A DNA stretch of 16,008 nucleotides from a virus (Duplodnaviria; Heunggongvirae; Uroviricota; Caudoviricetes). The position numbers were made by a program, and so were the translations under genes. The DNA is taken from positions 1 through 16,008 of IMG/VR virus record IMGVR_UViG_2675903413_000007. One strand, written 5' to 3'. Positions 7,838 through 16,008 of this stretch are shown one piece after another; position 1 is the stretch's first letter; every line of letters starts with the position of its first letter. The notes below the pieces were generated by a model. It was given only the letters and a program-made list of their open reading frames with translations, had not been told where the DNA came from and made no database searches.

Positions 7838-8265
7838 TGTATTATGCATCCTCAACGCAGCCACAGTTAACCTGATTGGCGGGTTTATTTCATCTGTAAA
7901 TATTTTTATAAAAATAATGCCCACGCACAGCATAAAACAAAAAGTATTACAGATAAAAAAGGAACGTAATGTGCAGATTTGTTGTTTTCCATATTTACTC
8001 ACCTTAATATGATTAATCCTGATAGGGTTGTTATTTCAGCGGTTTTCAAATGAGATATTATGGTGATCTGACAAATTTGCATAGCATTAAAATTTAATTT
8101 GTTTAACCACTTTTAATAATAAGCGTTGTTTGCATCCCAGCAATCTGTTGTTTGGTTTTTATTCCATTAAGGTGGGGGCTTTACACTGGAACCAGTTTAT
8201 TTATACTTTATACGTCAGCCTGAACAACTGGCATCTGCTGCACTGCGCCATCGAGAGATTGAGAA

Positions 8266-8865
8266 ATGGCGCATATACAACTGGTCAAACAAACTTCTTC
8301 TGGTTTACTTCTCCCGGCGACGCCGGAGAGTTGCGATTTTCTGCATCAAATCAAAATAGGTGAGTGGATACACGCAGACTTTAAGCGTGTGCGTAACTAC
8401 GCATTCCACAAGCGTTTTTTCAAACTCCTGCAACTGGGATTCGATTACTGGACTCCGGTCGGTGGGGCGATCACGCCTCGCGAACGAGAACTGCTGTCTG
8501 GTTTCGTTGATTACCTGTGCGAATCAGTTGGTCGGGAACACACGCCAGCCCTGAGTGATGCCGCAGAGCAATACCTTAACACCGTTGCGACTCGTAGAAC
8601 CCGGGATACGGCGTTGCTAAAGTCGTTTGAGGCTTTCCGCGAGTGGGTAACCATTCAGGCCGGATTTTACACCGAGCATATTTATCCGGACGGTAGCCGT
8701 GGGCGTCGGGCAAAATCCATCGCTTTTGCGAATATGGACGAAGTCGAGTTTCAGCAGGTTTATAAATCTGTACTGAATGTGCTGTGGAACTGGATTCTGT
8801 TCCGTAAATTCTCCTCTCAGGAGGAAGTTGAAAATGTGGCCGCACAACTACTGGAGTTTGCGTAA
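8266..8865 (+). CDS. Conserved lambdoid nin-region protein of unknown function, 199 aa
   Basis: GC-normal ORF whose stop overlaps the next start (TAATG at 8863-8867), i.e. translationally coupled to the YbcO-like gene. I do not recognise a specific family with certainty. Confidence 0.6.
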   Translation: MAHIQLVKQTSSGLLLPATPESCDFLHQIKIGEWIHADFKRVRNYAFHKRFFKLLQLGFDYWTPVGGAITPRERELLSGFVDYLCESVGREHTPALSDAAEQYLNTVATRRTRDTALLKSFEAFREWVTIQAGFYTEHIYPDGSRGRRAKSIAFANMDEVEFQQVYKSVLNVLWNWILFRKFSSQEEVENVAAQLLEFA

Positions 8866-9155
8866 TGGTGAATTTACGTAAAGCGGCTAAAGGCCAGATG
8901 TGCCAGATCAGAATCCCTGGCTACTGCAATCACAATCCCGAAACCTCTGTGCTGGCGCATTACAGGCTGGCGGGGACGTGCGGAACAGCGACAAAACCAC
9001 ACGATATGCAGGCGGCGATAGCCTGTAGCTCATGCCACGATCTAATCGACGGGCGGGTAAAAACCAGCGATTACACCAAAGAAGAATTGCGCCTGATGCA
9101 TGCTGAAGGGGTTTTTCGCACACAAGAAATCTGGAGAAAGAAAGGTCATTTATGA
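8865..9155 (+). CDS. YbcO-like nin-region protein (DUF1364, Zn-binding putative nuclease), 96 aa
   Basis: Translation MVNLRKAAKGQMCQIRIPGYCNHNPETSVLAHYRLAGTCGTATKPHDMQAAIACSSCHD... shows the Cys/His pattern and overall similarity to DLP12 YbcO as recalled. Its stop overlaps the next start (ATGA at 9152-9155). Confidence 0.7.
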   Translation: MVNLRKAAKGQMCQIRIPGYCNHNPETSVLAHYRLAGTCGTATKPHDMQAAIACSSCHDLIDGRVKTSDYTKEELRLMHAEGVFRTQEIWRKKGHL

Positions 9156-9694
9156 TTTACCCAACGAATACAGGAAAAAGCGGAGAACACCTTCGCCTCA
9201 CCACGCTGGAAAGTGTCTGGATTCAGGGAAAACTACGTATGTGGGGGCGCTGGTCGTATATTGGCGGTGGCAGGTCAGGGAATATGTTCAATCAGTTGTT
9301 GGCATCCAAAAAACTGACGAAAACAGCCATTAATGAAGCCCTGCGCAGAATGAAAAAAGCGGGAATAGAGAAAGCTGAGCTGGAAGCGTTTTTGCGAGAG
9401 ATGATCAACGGCAAGCAAAAGAGCTGGCTGGCGCATTGTACTGATGCAGAGGCGTTATGTATTGATCGAGTCATAAGTGAGGTGCTGGCAGAGCATCCAG
9501 GATTGATTTGCATTCTCCGGCAACGCTATGAAGGGCGGGGGATGACTAAGCGCAAAATGGCTGAATTGCTAAATGATGCACACCCAGAGTGGTGTTTTAG
9601 CACATGCGAAAAACGGATTGCTAATTGGTTAGCTGTTGCTGAGTATGCCCTATATATTCCCATGCGTGAATCATTTGCTGAGAAAATGGCTTGA
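9152..9694 (+). CDS. Putative late-gene antiterminator Q (non-lambda, phage 21/82-like type), 180 aa
   Basis: Last gene of the coupled nin-like operon, followed within ~80 bp by a strong intrinsic terminator (tR'-like) and further downstream by a phage-21-type lysis cassette. The call rests on position and context, not on a recognised motif. Confidence 0.5.
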   Translation: MIYPTNTGKSGEHLRLTTLESVWIQGKLRMWGRWSYIGGGRSGNMFNQLLASKKLTKTAINEALRRMKKAGIEKAELEAFLREMINGKQKSWLAHCTDAEALCIDRVISEVLAEHPGLICILRQRYEGRGMTKRKMAELLNDAHPEWCFSTCEKRIANWLAVAEYALYIPMRESFAEKMA

Positions 9695-9773
9695 TTTCTT
9701 ACGTATAAACTGCTTCAATTTTGCTATGCTTCGCAAAGCTGTATCGCGAGGCGGATTGCAGACATGGACATCG

Positions 9774-9803
9774 TAAAAAAACCGCTTAATGCGGTTTTTT
9801 TAC
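9774..9803 (+). terminator. Intrinsic terminator (tR'-like): aaaaaa-ACCGC-ttaat-GCGGT-ttttttt
   Basis: GC stem with 5-nt loop followed by a 7-T run; the upstream A-tract makes it potentially bidirectional. Located just after the Q-like gene. Confidence 0.7.
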
Positions 9804-10121
9804 GTCAGGAAAGCAGGGGAGAATGCTGCTAGTTGGGCAACTGGTCTTTCTGCTCCAAATTATAACAGAGACCAGTTATAGTTTCGGTGCTGTGTTTTTT
9901 TTACAATATTGTGATAACACATTGCTGGCGGGAGTTTTGATATTTCTTGGCAGGGGCTGATGATGCGTTATCCTGATGTCGTCAACTCATATAAAATGAG
10001 ATGAGAGATCATTGCAGGGTGGTTTGTAATTCGCTGTTTAGCGGGACAATATGTTGTCTGATACAAGACACCCGACGCCTCAGATTACTATAATAAAGAC
10101 GAAGCATCCTTTGTATTGACC

Positions 10122-10147
10122 AACCGCCTGTTTAGGCGGTTCTTTTT
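10122..10147 (+). terminator. Intrinsic terminator: AACCGCCT-gttt-AGGCGGTT-cttttt
   Basis: Perfect 8-bp stem and 4-nt loop followed by a T-rich tract, read directly from the sequence. Confidence 0.6.
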
Positions 10148-10679
10148 GGGCTGGTTTATTGTATGCCAAATGATTATTAAAAAGGTTGTGTTAATAACAA
10201 AATCCGAAATAATATGCCTGCATATTTTTATCTTGCTTATATTCTGCATATTGTGCATAGCAGGCTCATCCCTGCAATCAAAACTGTATGATGAGTATTT
10301 TTTGTTTTCCTTTTTTCCAGTCATCTGATGATGACCTGCTTCTTTTTAATCCGGATCGACATCAGTTTTTTAAGATAATTCCTGCGAGTTATATGCATAA
10401 ATACCACAAACTCCGCATTTTATGTGGTTGGGAGTTGCCGGGCGCGCAGTGAGTTTGCTAAGAAAACTCCTGCATGGTGAATCCCCCTGTGCGGTGGGGT
10501 GATACCATTAACCTTTTCTGTCGCCGACAGGTATCACGAACATTTTGTTCACCGGGAGGCACCCGGCACCATGCACTTCAATAGATTCTCTCCACATTAT
10601 GGATATTCTTTCAGAATATCCCACGCAGACTTTGTGTAAATGTTAACAAATGTGCGTTTTATTTGATCTGATTCGCTGT

Positions 10680-10709
10680 TTGAGCGTCCAAAACAACGGT
10701 ATATATAAT
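10680..10709 (+). promoter_or_regulatory. Candidate sigma70 promoter for the lipoprotein moron (-35 ttgagc, 18-bp spacer, -10 tataat)
   Basis: Consensus -10 hexamer TATAAT at 10704-10709 with a TTGAGC -35 at 10680-10685, about 30 bp upstream of the lipoprotein ATG and its GAGGA RBS. Confidence 0.4.
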
Positions 10710-10738
10710 CCTTTACTATATGACATATGTGAGGAAAA

Positions 10739-11167
10739 ATGGGTTTTCGTAGCGCATCAATTCTTACGTTGATTATTAGTGGGATTATTATCGGGTGCAC
10801 TGATGCTGTATCGACAAATTATCATGACCGTACATCATATTACTCCGATAAAGTAATAGAGACACAGTATGTGAGTTCATCTGAACGTACTTCTGATGTT
10901 AGTGAGGATATCCGTCTGTATGCCCATCAAATCAAGAGCGCCATCGAAAAACAGTTCGGGGATGCGAGTAAGTATTCAGGAAAAGAGTGTACACTGAGAA
11001 TGCATATGGCCCCGAATGGCCTTCTACTGGAGGTTAAAAGAGAAAGTGGAGACCTCGATTTATGTCGTGAAGCGATGAATGCGATAAAGAATGCTGATAT
11101 ACCTGCCCCCCCTTCGCCGGAAGTATATAAAGTATTTCAAAATGGGGTGCTGGATTTTAAACCCTGA
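10739..11167 (+). CDS. Lipoprotein with TolA domain III-like C-terminal domain, 142 aa
   Basis: Signal peptide with lipobox IIGC; GAGGA RBS. The C-terminal segment YAHQIKSAIEKQFGDASKYSGKECTLRMHMAPNGLLLEVKRESGDLDLCREAMNAIKNADIPAPPSPEVYKVFQNGVLDFKP aligns closely with the C-terminus of E. coli TolA (YAGQIKSAIESKFYDASSYAGKTCTLRIKLAPDGMLLDIKPEGGDPALCQAALAAAKLAKIPKPPSQAVYEVFKNAPLDFKP, from memory). Confidence 0.8.
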   Translation: MGFRSASILTLIISGIIIGCTDAVSTNYHDRTSYYSDKVIETQYVSSSERTSDVSEDIRLYAHQIKSAIEKQFGDASKYSGKECTLRMHMAPNGLLLEVKRESGDLDLCREAMNAIKNADIPAPPSPEVYKVFQNGVLDFKP

Positions 11168-11317
11168 TATTTATTGTTTTGTAATAAACGGTTTCGGCTT
11201 AGGTTTGTTCTGACACAGCTACGGCACTGAGCTAAATTTAGCGGATAGTCAGCTCTGAGCCAGTGGCGGACGTAACAACTACTATTGCTGAGATTTTAAT
11301 GGATTGAGGAGCAAGAA

Positions 11318-11713
11318 GTGGGATTAAAGAAAATCGTTATGTTGACTTTTTGGGTCGGTTTTGTTGCGGGATGCACACCTTTACACCCTTCAGATTGCCA
11401 CAAAACTACTGCTACAGGTAGTTGCAGTTCAGGACGCTGGGATGATCAGGATGAATGGGGGGCGCAAGCGCGGGGAATCAGAGCTGCAATTAATGCCAAA
11501 CTTGATGAGCCGCATAACTGGAAAGGGAAAAAATGCAGGTTGCATATGGAATTCTCTCAGGATGGCACGGCGTTAAAAATATCTACCAGTAACGGTGATA
11601 AAGCCTATTGCGAAGCGATAAAGTCCGCAGCTCATAAAGCCAAATTTCCGGCCTTCAACAATCCGGAAGTCTACAGAGATTTTCAGAAATCTGGCTTTGA
11701 CATGCGAGGTTAG
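11318..11713 (+). CDS. Second lipoprotein with TolA domain III-like C-terminal domain (divergent paralog), 131 aa
   Basis: GTG start at 11318 preceded by GAGGAG; lipobox VAGC. The C-terminus KCRLHMEFSQDGTALKISTSNGDKAYCEAIKSAAHKAKFPAFNNPEVYRDFQKSGFDMRG keeps the TolA-III pattern (C...L...DG.....GD...C.A...A.....P.....VY..F...). Confidence 0.75.
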   Translation: MGLKKIVMLTFWVGFVAGCTPLHPSDCHKTTATGSCSSGRWDDQDEWGAQARGIRAAINAKLDEPHNWKGKKCRLHMEFSQDGTALKISTSNGDKAYCEAIKSAAHKAKFPAFNNPEVYRDFQKSGFDMRG

Positions 11714-11838
11714 CTCTTCAATTACTATATCTCATTCATAGCAAACTGACAGATTTGATGATGTTCTATATACGAAACCTGTGATGTCAAGTCTGAGCTA
11801 ATACAAATAAACATAATATCAGAGAAATACATTTTATT

Positions 11839-11862
11839 AGCTCGCTACGGCGAGCTTTTTAT
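11839..11862 (+). terminator. Intrinsic terminator after the lipoprotein moron: AGCTCGC-tacg-GCGAGCT-ttttt
   Basis: Perfect 7-bp stem, 4-nt loop and T-tract, read directly from the sequence. Confidence 0.6.
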
Positions 11863-11964
11863 ATTGCATCGTCTCCAGCATATATATCAATTAAGGCTCT
11901 GATTGATGTGTCTGAAAGCCTACACATAATAACTATGCCATCCGTTCCGTGCGGAGGTGAGGCT

Positions 11965-12180
11965 ATGAAATCCATGGACAAAATTTCAACAGGCATTGCC
12001 TACGGCACCTCCGCAGGCAGTGCTGGCTACTGGTTTTTACAGTTGCTCGATAGAGTAACTCCGTCACAGTGGGCTGCAATCGGTGTGCTGGGTAGCCTGG
12101 TATTTGGCCTGCTGACGTACCTGACAAACCTTTATTTCAAGATTAAAGAAGATAAGCGCAAGGCTGCGAGAGGTGAATAA
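11965..12180 (+). CDS. Phage 21-type pinholin S (dual-start MKSM motif), 71 aa
   Basis: Translation [71 protein letters not shown] matches S21 as recalled. GGAGGTGA RBS upstream; stop overlaps the endolysin start (TAATG). The track ORF begins earlier, at 11908. Confidence 0.88.
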   Translation: MKSMDKISTGIAYGTSAGSAGYWFLQLLDRVTPSQWAAIGVLGSLVFGLLTYLTNLYFKIKEDKRKAARGE

Positions 12181-12677
12181 TGCCTCCATCATTACGAAAA
12201 GCCGTTGCTGCTGCTATTGGTGGCGGAGCAATTGCTATAGCATCAGTGTTAATCACTGGCCCAAGTGGTAACGATGGTCTGGAAGGTGTCAGCTACATAC
12301 CATACAAAGATATTGTTGGTGTATGGACCGTATGTCACGGGCATACAGGAAAAGACATCATGCTCGGTAAAACGTATACCAAAGCAGAATGCAAAGCACT
12401 CTTGAATAAAGACCTTGCCACTGTCGCCAGACAAATTAACCCATACATCGAAGTCGATATACCGGAAACAACGCGCGGCGCTCTTTACTCATTCGTTTAC
12501 AACGTGGGTGCTGGCAATTTCAGAACATCGACGCTTCTTCGCAAAATAAACCAGGGCGATATCAAAGGCGCATGTGATCAGTTACGTCGCTGGACATATG
12601 CTGGCGGTAAGCAATGGAAAGGTCTCATGACTCGTCGTGAGATTGAGCGTGAAATCTGTTTGTGGGGTCAGCAATGA
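12180..12677 (+). CDS. SAR endolysin (phage 21 R-like lysozyme, GH24), 165 aa
   Basis: N-terminal signal-anchor-release segment [18 protein letters not shown] followed by a T4-lysozyme-like catalytic region (LEG...KDI...WTV). Near-identical to the R21 sequence as recalled. Confidence 0.93.
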   Translation: MPPSLRKAVAAAIGGGAIAIASVLITGPSGNDGLEGVSYIPYKDIVGVWTVCHGHTGKDIMLGKTYTKAECKALLNKDLATVARQINPYIEVDIPETTRGALYSFVYNVGAGNFRTSTLLRKINQGDIKGACDQLRRWTYAGGKQWKGLMTRREIEREICLWGQQ

Positions 12678-13138
12678 ACAGAGTAACCGCGATTATCTCC
12701 GCTCTGGTTATCTGCATCATCGTCTGCCTGTCATGGGCTGTTAATCATTACCGTGATAACGCCATTACCTATAAAGCCCAGCGCGACAAAAATGCCAAAG
12801 AACTGAAGCTGGCGAACGCGGCAATTACTGACATGCAGATGCGTCAGCGTGATGTTGCTGCGCTCGATGCAAAATACACGAAGGAGTTAGCTGATGCGAA
12901 AGCTGAAAATGATGTTCTGCGTGATGATGTTGCCGCTGGTCGTCGTCGGTTGCACATCAAAGCAGTCTGTCAGTCAGTGCGTGAAGCCACCACCGCCTCC
13001 GGCGTGGATAATGCAGCCTCCCCCCGACTGGCAGACACCGCTGAACGGGATTATTTCACCCTCCGGGAACGACTGGTAATGATGCAGGCCCAACTTGAAG
13101 GTGCTCAGCAATACATAACCGAGCAGTGTTTAAAGTAA
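12674..13138 (+). CDS. Inner-membrane spanin Rz (i-spanin)
   Basis: Translation [68 protein letters not shown]... matches lambda-type Rz. ATG overlaps the endolysin stop (ATGA). Confidence 0.93.
   Translation: MNRVTAIISALVICIIVCLSWAVNHYRDNAITYKAQRDKNAKELKLANAAITDMQMRQRDVAALDAKYTKELADAKAENDVLRDDVAAGRRRLHIKAVCQSVREATTASGVDNAASPRLADTAERDYFTLRERLVMMQAQLEGAQQYITEQCLK
12894..13079 (+). CDS. Outer-membrane spanin Rz1 (o-spanin lipoprotein), embedded in Rz in the +1 frame
   Basis: Translation [52 protein letters not shown]... has lipobox VVGC and a proline-rich region; classic embedded Rz1. Confidence 0.9.
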   Translation: MRKLKMMFCVMMLPLVVVGCTSKQSVSQCVKPPPPPAWIMQPPPDWQTPLNGIISPSGNDW

Positions 13139-13275
13139 AATCTTAACTACAATATGATTCATTTTGATGATTGTTTCATAAGGAACAGTGAAGTAAGATC
13201 TAAGAGGAGTTAAATTTTATACAGTATAATCATAATATTGCAGCAAGGTGGTTATAATTGAAAGAATATTTAGAT

Positions 13276-14733
13276 ATGAATACATCTCATGTAAGAGTTG
13301 TTACTCATATGTGTGGGTTCCTGGTTTGGCTCTATAGTCTTTCAATGTTGCCACCAATGGTTGTAGCATTGTTTTATAAAGAAAAAAGCCTGTTCGTTTT
13401 CTTTATAACTTTCGTTATATTTTTTTGCATTGGTGGCGGAGCGTGGTATACAACTAAGAAATCTGGCATTCAATTACGTACCCGTGATGGGTTTATTATA
13501 ATTGTAATGTTTTGGATTTTGTTTTCTGTTATTAGTGCATTCCCTTTATGGATTGACTCAGAACTTAATTTAACGTTCATTGATGCTCTGTTTGAAGGGG
13601 TTTCTGGAATAACAACAACAGGAGCAACTGTAATTGATGATGTTAGTTCATTACCTCGGGCATATTTGTACTATCGGTCACAGTTAAATTTTATAGGTGG
13701 TTTAGGAGTTATTGTTCTGGCGGTTGCTGTATTGCCATTATTGGGTATTGGTGGTGCAAAGCTTTATCAGTCAGAAATGCCGGGGCCATTTAAGGATGAC
13801 AAACTCACTCCCCGCCTGGCCGATACGTCACGGACACTGTGGATAACTTATTCTTTATTAGGTATTGCTTGTATTGTCTGTTATAGACTTGCAGGAATGC
13901 CTTTGTTTGATGCTATTTGTCACGGGATTTCCACAGTTTCGCTTGGTGGTTTCTCAACTCATAGCGAGAGTATCGGATATTTTAATAACTATTTGGTTGA
14001 GCTGGTGGCTGGTTCTTTTTCCCTGCTATCGGCTTTCAACTTCACTCTTTGGTATATTGTTATTAGCAGGAAAACGATAAAACCTTTAATCAGAGATATT
14101 GAACTTCGTTTCTTTCTGTTAATAGCCTTAGGGGTGATCATTGTTACCTCTTTCCAGGTCTGGCATATAGGTATGTATGACTTGCATGGAAGTTTTATTC
14201 ATTCGTTTTTTCTTGCCAGCTCCATGCTCACTGATAATGGTTTAGCTACGCAGGATTATGCAAGTTGGCCCACGCACACGATAGTGTTTTTGCTGTTGTC
14301 AAGTTTCTTTGGGGGATGTATAGGTTCAACTTGTGGTGGAATTAAGTCACTTCGATTTCTTATACTTTTCAAACAAAGCAAACACGAGATAAATCAGCTT
14401 TCTCATCCCAGAGCGTTGTTGAGTGTAAATGTAGGAGGGAAGATAGTTACAGATCGTGTAATGAGGTCTGTATGGAGTTTCTTTTTTCTTTATACACTCT
14501 TCACGGTGTTTTTTATACTGGTGTTAAATGGTATGGGATATGATTTTCTTACATCATTTGCAACAGTGGCTGCATGTATTAATAATATGGGATTAGGTTT
14601 TGGGGCTACTGCATCGTCATTCGGAGTGCTTAATGACATTGCAAAATGTTTAATGTGCATAGCTATGATTCTTGGTCGCCTTGAAATTTATCCTGTTATT
14701 ATATTGTTTTCAGGTTTTTTTTGGCGCTCCTAA
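13276..14733 (+). CDS. trkG: Potassium uptake protein TrkG (Trk system membrane subunit), 485 aa
   Basis: Translation from MNTSHVRVVTHMCGFLVWLYSL... matches Rac-encoded TrkG of E. coli K-12. Multi-pass membrane protein; AT-rich gene. The track ORF starts 18 nt earlier on a TTG. Confidence 0.93.
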   Translation: MNTSHVRVVTHMCGFLVWLYSLSMLPPMVVALFYKEKSLFVFFITFVIFFCIGGGAWYTTKKSGIQLRTRDGFIIIVMFWILFSVISAFPLWIDSELNLTFIDALFEGVSGITTTGATVIDDVSSLPRAYLYYRSQLNFIGGLGVIVLAVAVLPLLGIGGAKLYQSEMPGPFKDDKLTPRLADTSRTLWITYSLLGIACIVCYRLAGMPLFDAICHGISTVSLGGFSTHSESIGYFNNYLVELVAGSFSLLSAFNFTLWYIVISRKTIKPLIRDIELRFFLLIALGVIIVTSFQVWHIGMYDLHGSFIHSFFLASSMLTDNGLATQDYASWPTHTIVFLLLSSFFGGCIGSTCGGIKSLRFLILFKQSKHEINQLSHPRALLSVNVGGKIVTDRVMRSVWSFFFLYTLFTVFFILVLNGMGYDFLTSFATVAACINNMGLGFGATASSFGVLNDIAKCLMCIAMILGRLEIYPVIILFSGFFWRS

Positions 14734-14870
14734 TATATGGCTGATTTATAATTGTGAGTTTAATATTATGTTGACTCACTCATTGATCCAATACCTAACT
14801 TTACCAGCAACCCCTCCGTCCCCAGTAGCACTGGCTGCTGGGGTGCGTTTTATTCATAAAGCAAGGCTGT

Positions 14871-15161
14871 ATGAGCGAGAAATTAAAGATAGTCTATCGC
14901 CCATTACAAGAATTGTCACCGTATGCGCACAACGCCAGGACGCACAGCCCTGAGCAGGTGGCACAACTGGTAGAAAGTATTAAGCAATTCGGCTGGACTA
15001 ATCCGGTGCTGATTGACGAAAAGGGCGAAATTATTGCGGGTCACGGTCGTGTTATGGCGGCTGAAATGCTCAAAATGGATTCTGTTCCGGTCATTGTTCT
15101 GTCTGGCCTGACGGATGAGCAGAAAAAGGCGTACCGCCTGGCAGATACCTTCTGCCCGTAA
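14871..15161 (+). CDS. ynaK: ParB-like nuclease-domain protein (Rac YnaK-like), 96 aa
   Basis: Translation [67 protein letters not shown]... carries the ParB N-terminal domain signature ([11 protein letters not shown], resembling the ParB GxRRxxA box). It sits downstream of trkG as in K-12. Confidence 0.78.
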   Translation: MSEKLKIVYRPLQELSPYAHNARTHSPEQVAQLVESIKQFGWTNPVLIDEKGEIIAGHGRVMAAEMLKMDSVPVIVLSGLTDEQKKAYRLADTFCP

Positions 15162-15162
15162 G

Positions 15163-16008
15163 GTGAATGGTAAGGCGCTTTCAGCTGATATAACACTGAC
15201 GCCGAAAGATATTGGTACGCTTAACTCAACAACAATGTCATTCAGCGGTGGTGCTGGTTGGTTCAAATTAGCAACGGTAACCATGCCACAGGCGAGTTCT
15301 GTTGTTTCAATTACGTTGATTGGTGGCGCGGGATTTAACGTGGGGTCACCTCAACAGGCAGGTATATCTGAACTTGTTTTGCGTGCAGGTAATGGTAATC
15401 CGAAGGGGATTACTGGTGCTTTATGGCAGCGCACATCGACAGGGTTTACAAATTTTGCCTGGGTCAATACATCTGGTGATACTTACGATATTTACGTTGC
15501 AATCGGAAATTATGCGACTGGTGTAAATATTCAATGGGATTATACCAGTAATGCCAGCGTGACGATTCATACGTCACCAGCATATTCTGCTAATAAGCCG
15601 GAAGGGTTAACGGACGGTACAGTTTATTCACTCTATACGCCATCAGAGCAGTTTTATCCGCCTGGCGCACCAATCCCGTGGCCATCAGATACCGTTCCGT
15701 CTGGCTATGCCCTGATGCAGGGGCAGACTTTTGACAAATCTGCATACCCGAAACTTGCAGCCGCTTATCCGTCAGGCGTGATCCCTGATATGCGTGGCTG
15801 GACGATTAAGGGCAAACCCGCCAGTGGTCGTGCCGTATTGTCTCAGGAACAGGACGGCATTAAATCGCACACCCACAGCGCCAGCGCATCCAGTACGGAT
15901 TTGGGGACGAAAAACACATCGTCGTTTGATTACGGAACCAAATCCACGAATAACACCGGGGCGCATACCCATAGTATTAGCGGGACTGCAAATAGTGCCG
16001 GTGCGCAC
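15163..16008 (+). pseudogene. Side tail fibre gene fragment (Stf-like), 5'-truncated and running off the 3' end of the window
   Basis: Frame open from 15163 to the window end with no convincing start. Translation ...[106 protein letters not shown] shows the repeated G.H.H His-box motifs of lambdoid and T-even tail-fibre distal regions. The ORF track does not list it, presumably because it lacks a start and a stop. Confidence 0.75.

Noticed and set aside
10088-10328. Overlapping 70-78 codon ORFs on both strands in the Q-to-moron intergenic region
   Set aside because: They span an intrinsic terminator hairpin, are AT-rich with TTG or weak starts and no RBS, and read as low-complexity hydrophobic peptides; probably non-coding.
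9700-10740. Possible tRNA genes between Q and the lysis genes, as in some Stx-type lambdoid phages
   Set aside because: No T-arm-like GGTTCGA-type motif or acceptor-stem pairing was found by eye; tRNAscan-SE is needed to be certain.
14672-14953. 93-codon plus-strand ORF bridging the trkG 3' end and the ynaK start
   Set aside because: It overlaps two well-supported genes in alternative frames; an overprinting artefact.
1-16008. CRISPR array or other long tandem repeats
   Set aside because: No regularly spaced direct repeats of 25-40 bp were seen anywhere in the window.

Overview
This window reads as a decayed Rac-like lambdoid prophage of Escherichia coli type. All identifications come from reading the ORF translations and recalling known protein sequences and motifs; no database search was possible. 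The left arm (minus strand) carries intR, xisR, ydaC, ralR, recT and a recE remnant lacking its 5' end. At about position 3480 the recE frame breaks off and the sequence becomes AT-rich: a ~3.7 kb island (3485-7150) holds three separately oriented ORFs with nuclease or abortive-infection-like signatures, plus a 700-bp non-coding spacer. These are a protein with a possible Abi/HEPN-like C-terminus, a standalone ComEC-type metallo-beta-lactamase-fold hydrolase, and a Zn-ribbon + DUF4145-like protein. Downstream follow a hok/mok type I toxin locus, three translationally coupled genes ending in a putative Q antiterminator with a tR'-like terminator, a two-gene moron of paralogous lipoproteins whose C-terminal domains closely resemble TolA domain III, a phage-21-type lysis cassette (pinholin, SAR endolysin, Rz/Rz1), trkG, ynaK and a tail-fibre gene fragment running off the window. 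The best candidates for undescribed biology are the 3485-7150 island, probably anti-phage defence cargo, and the TolA-III-mimic lipoprotein pair.
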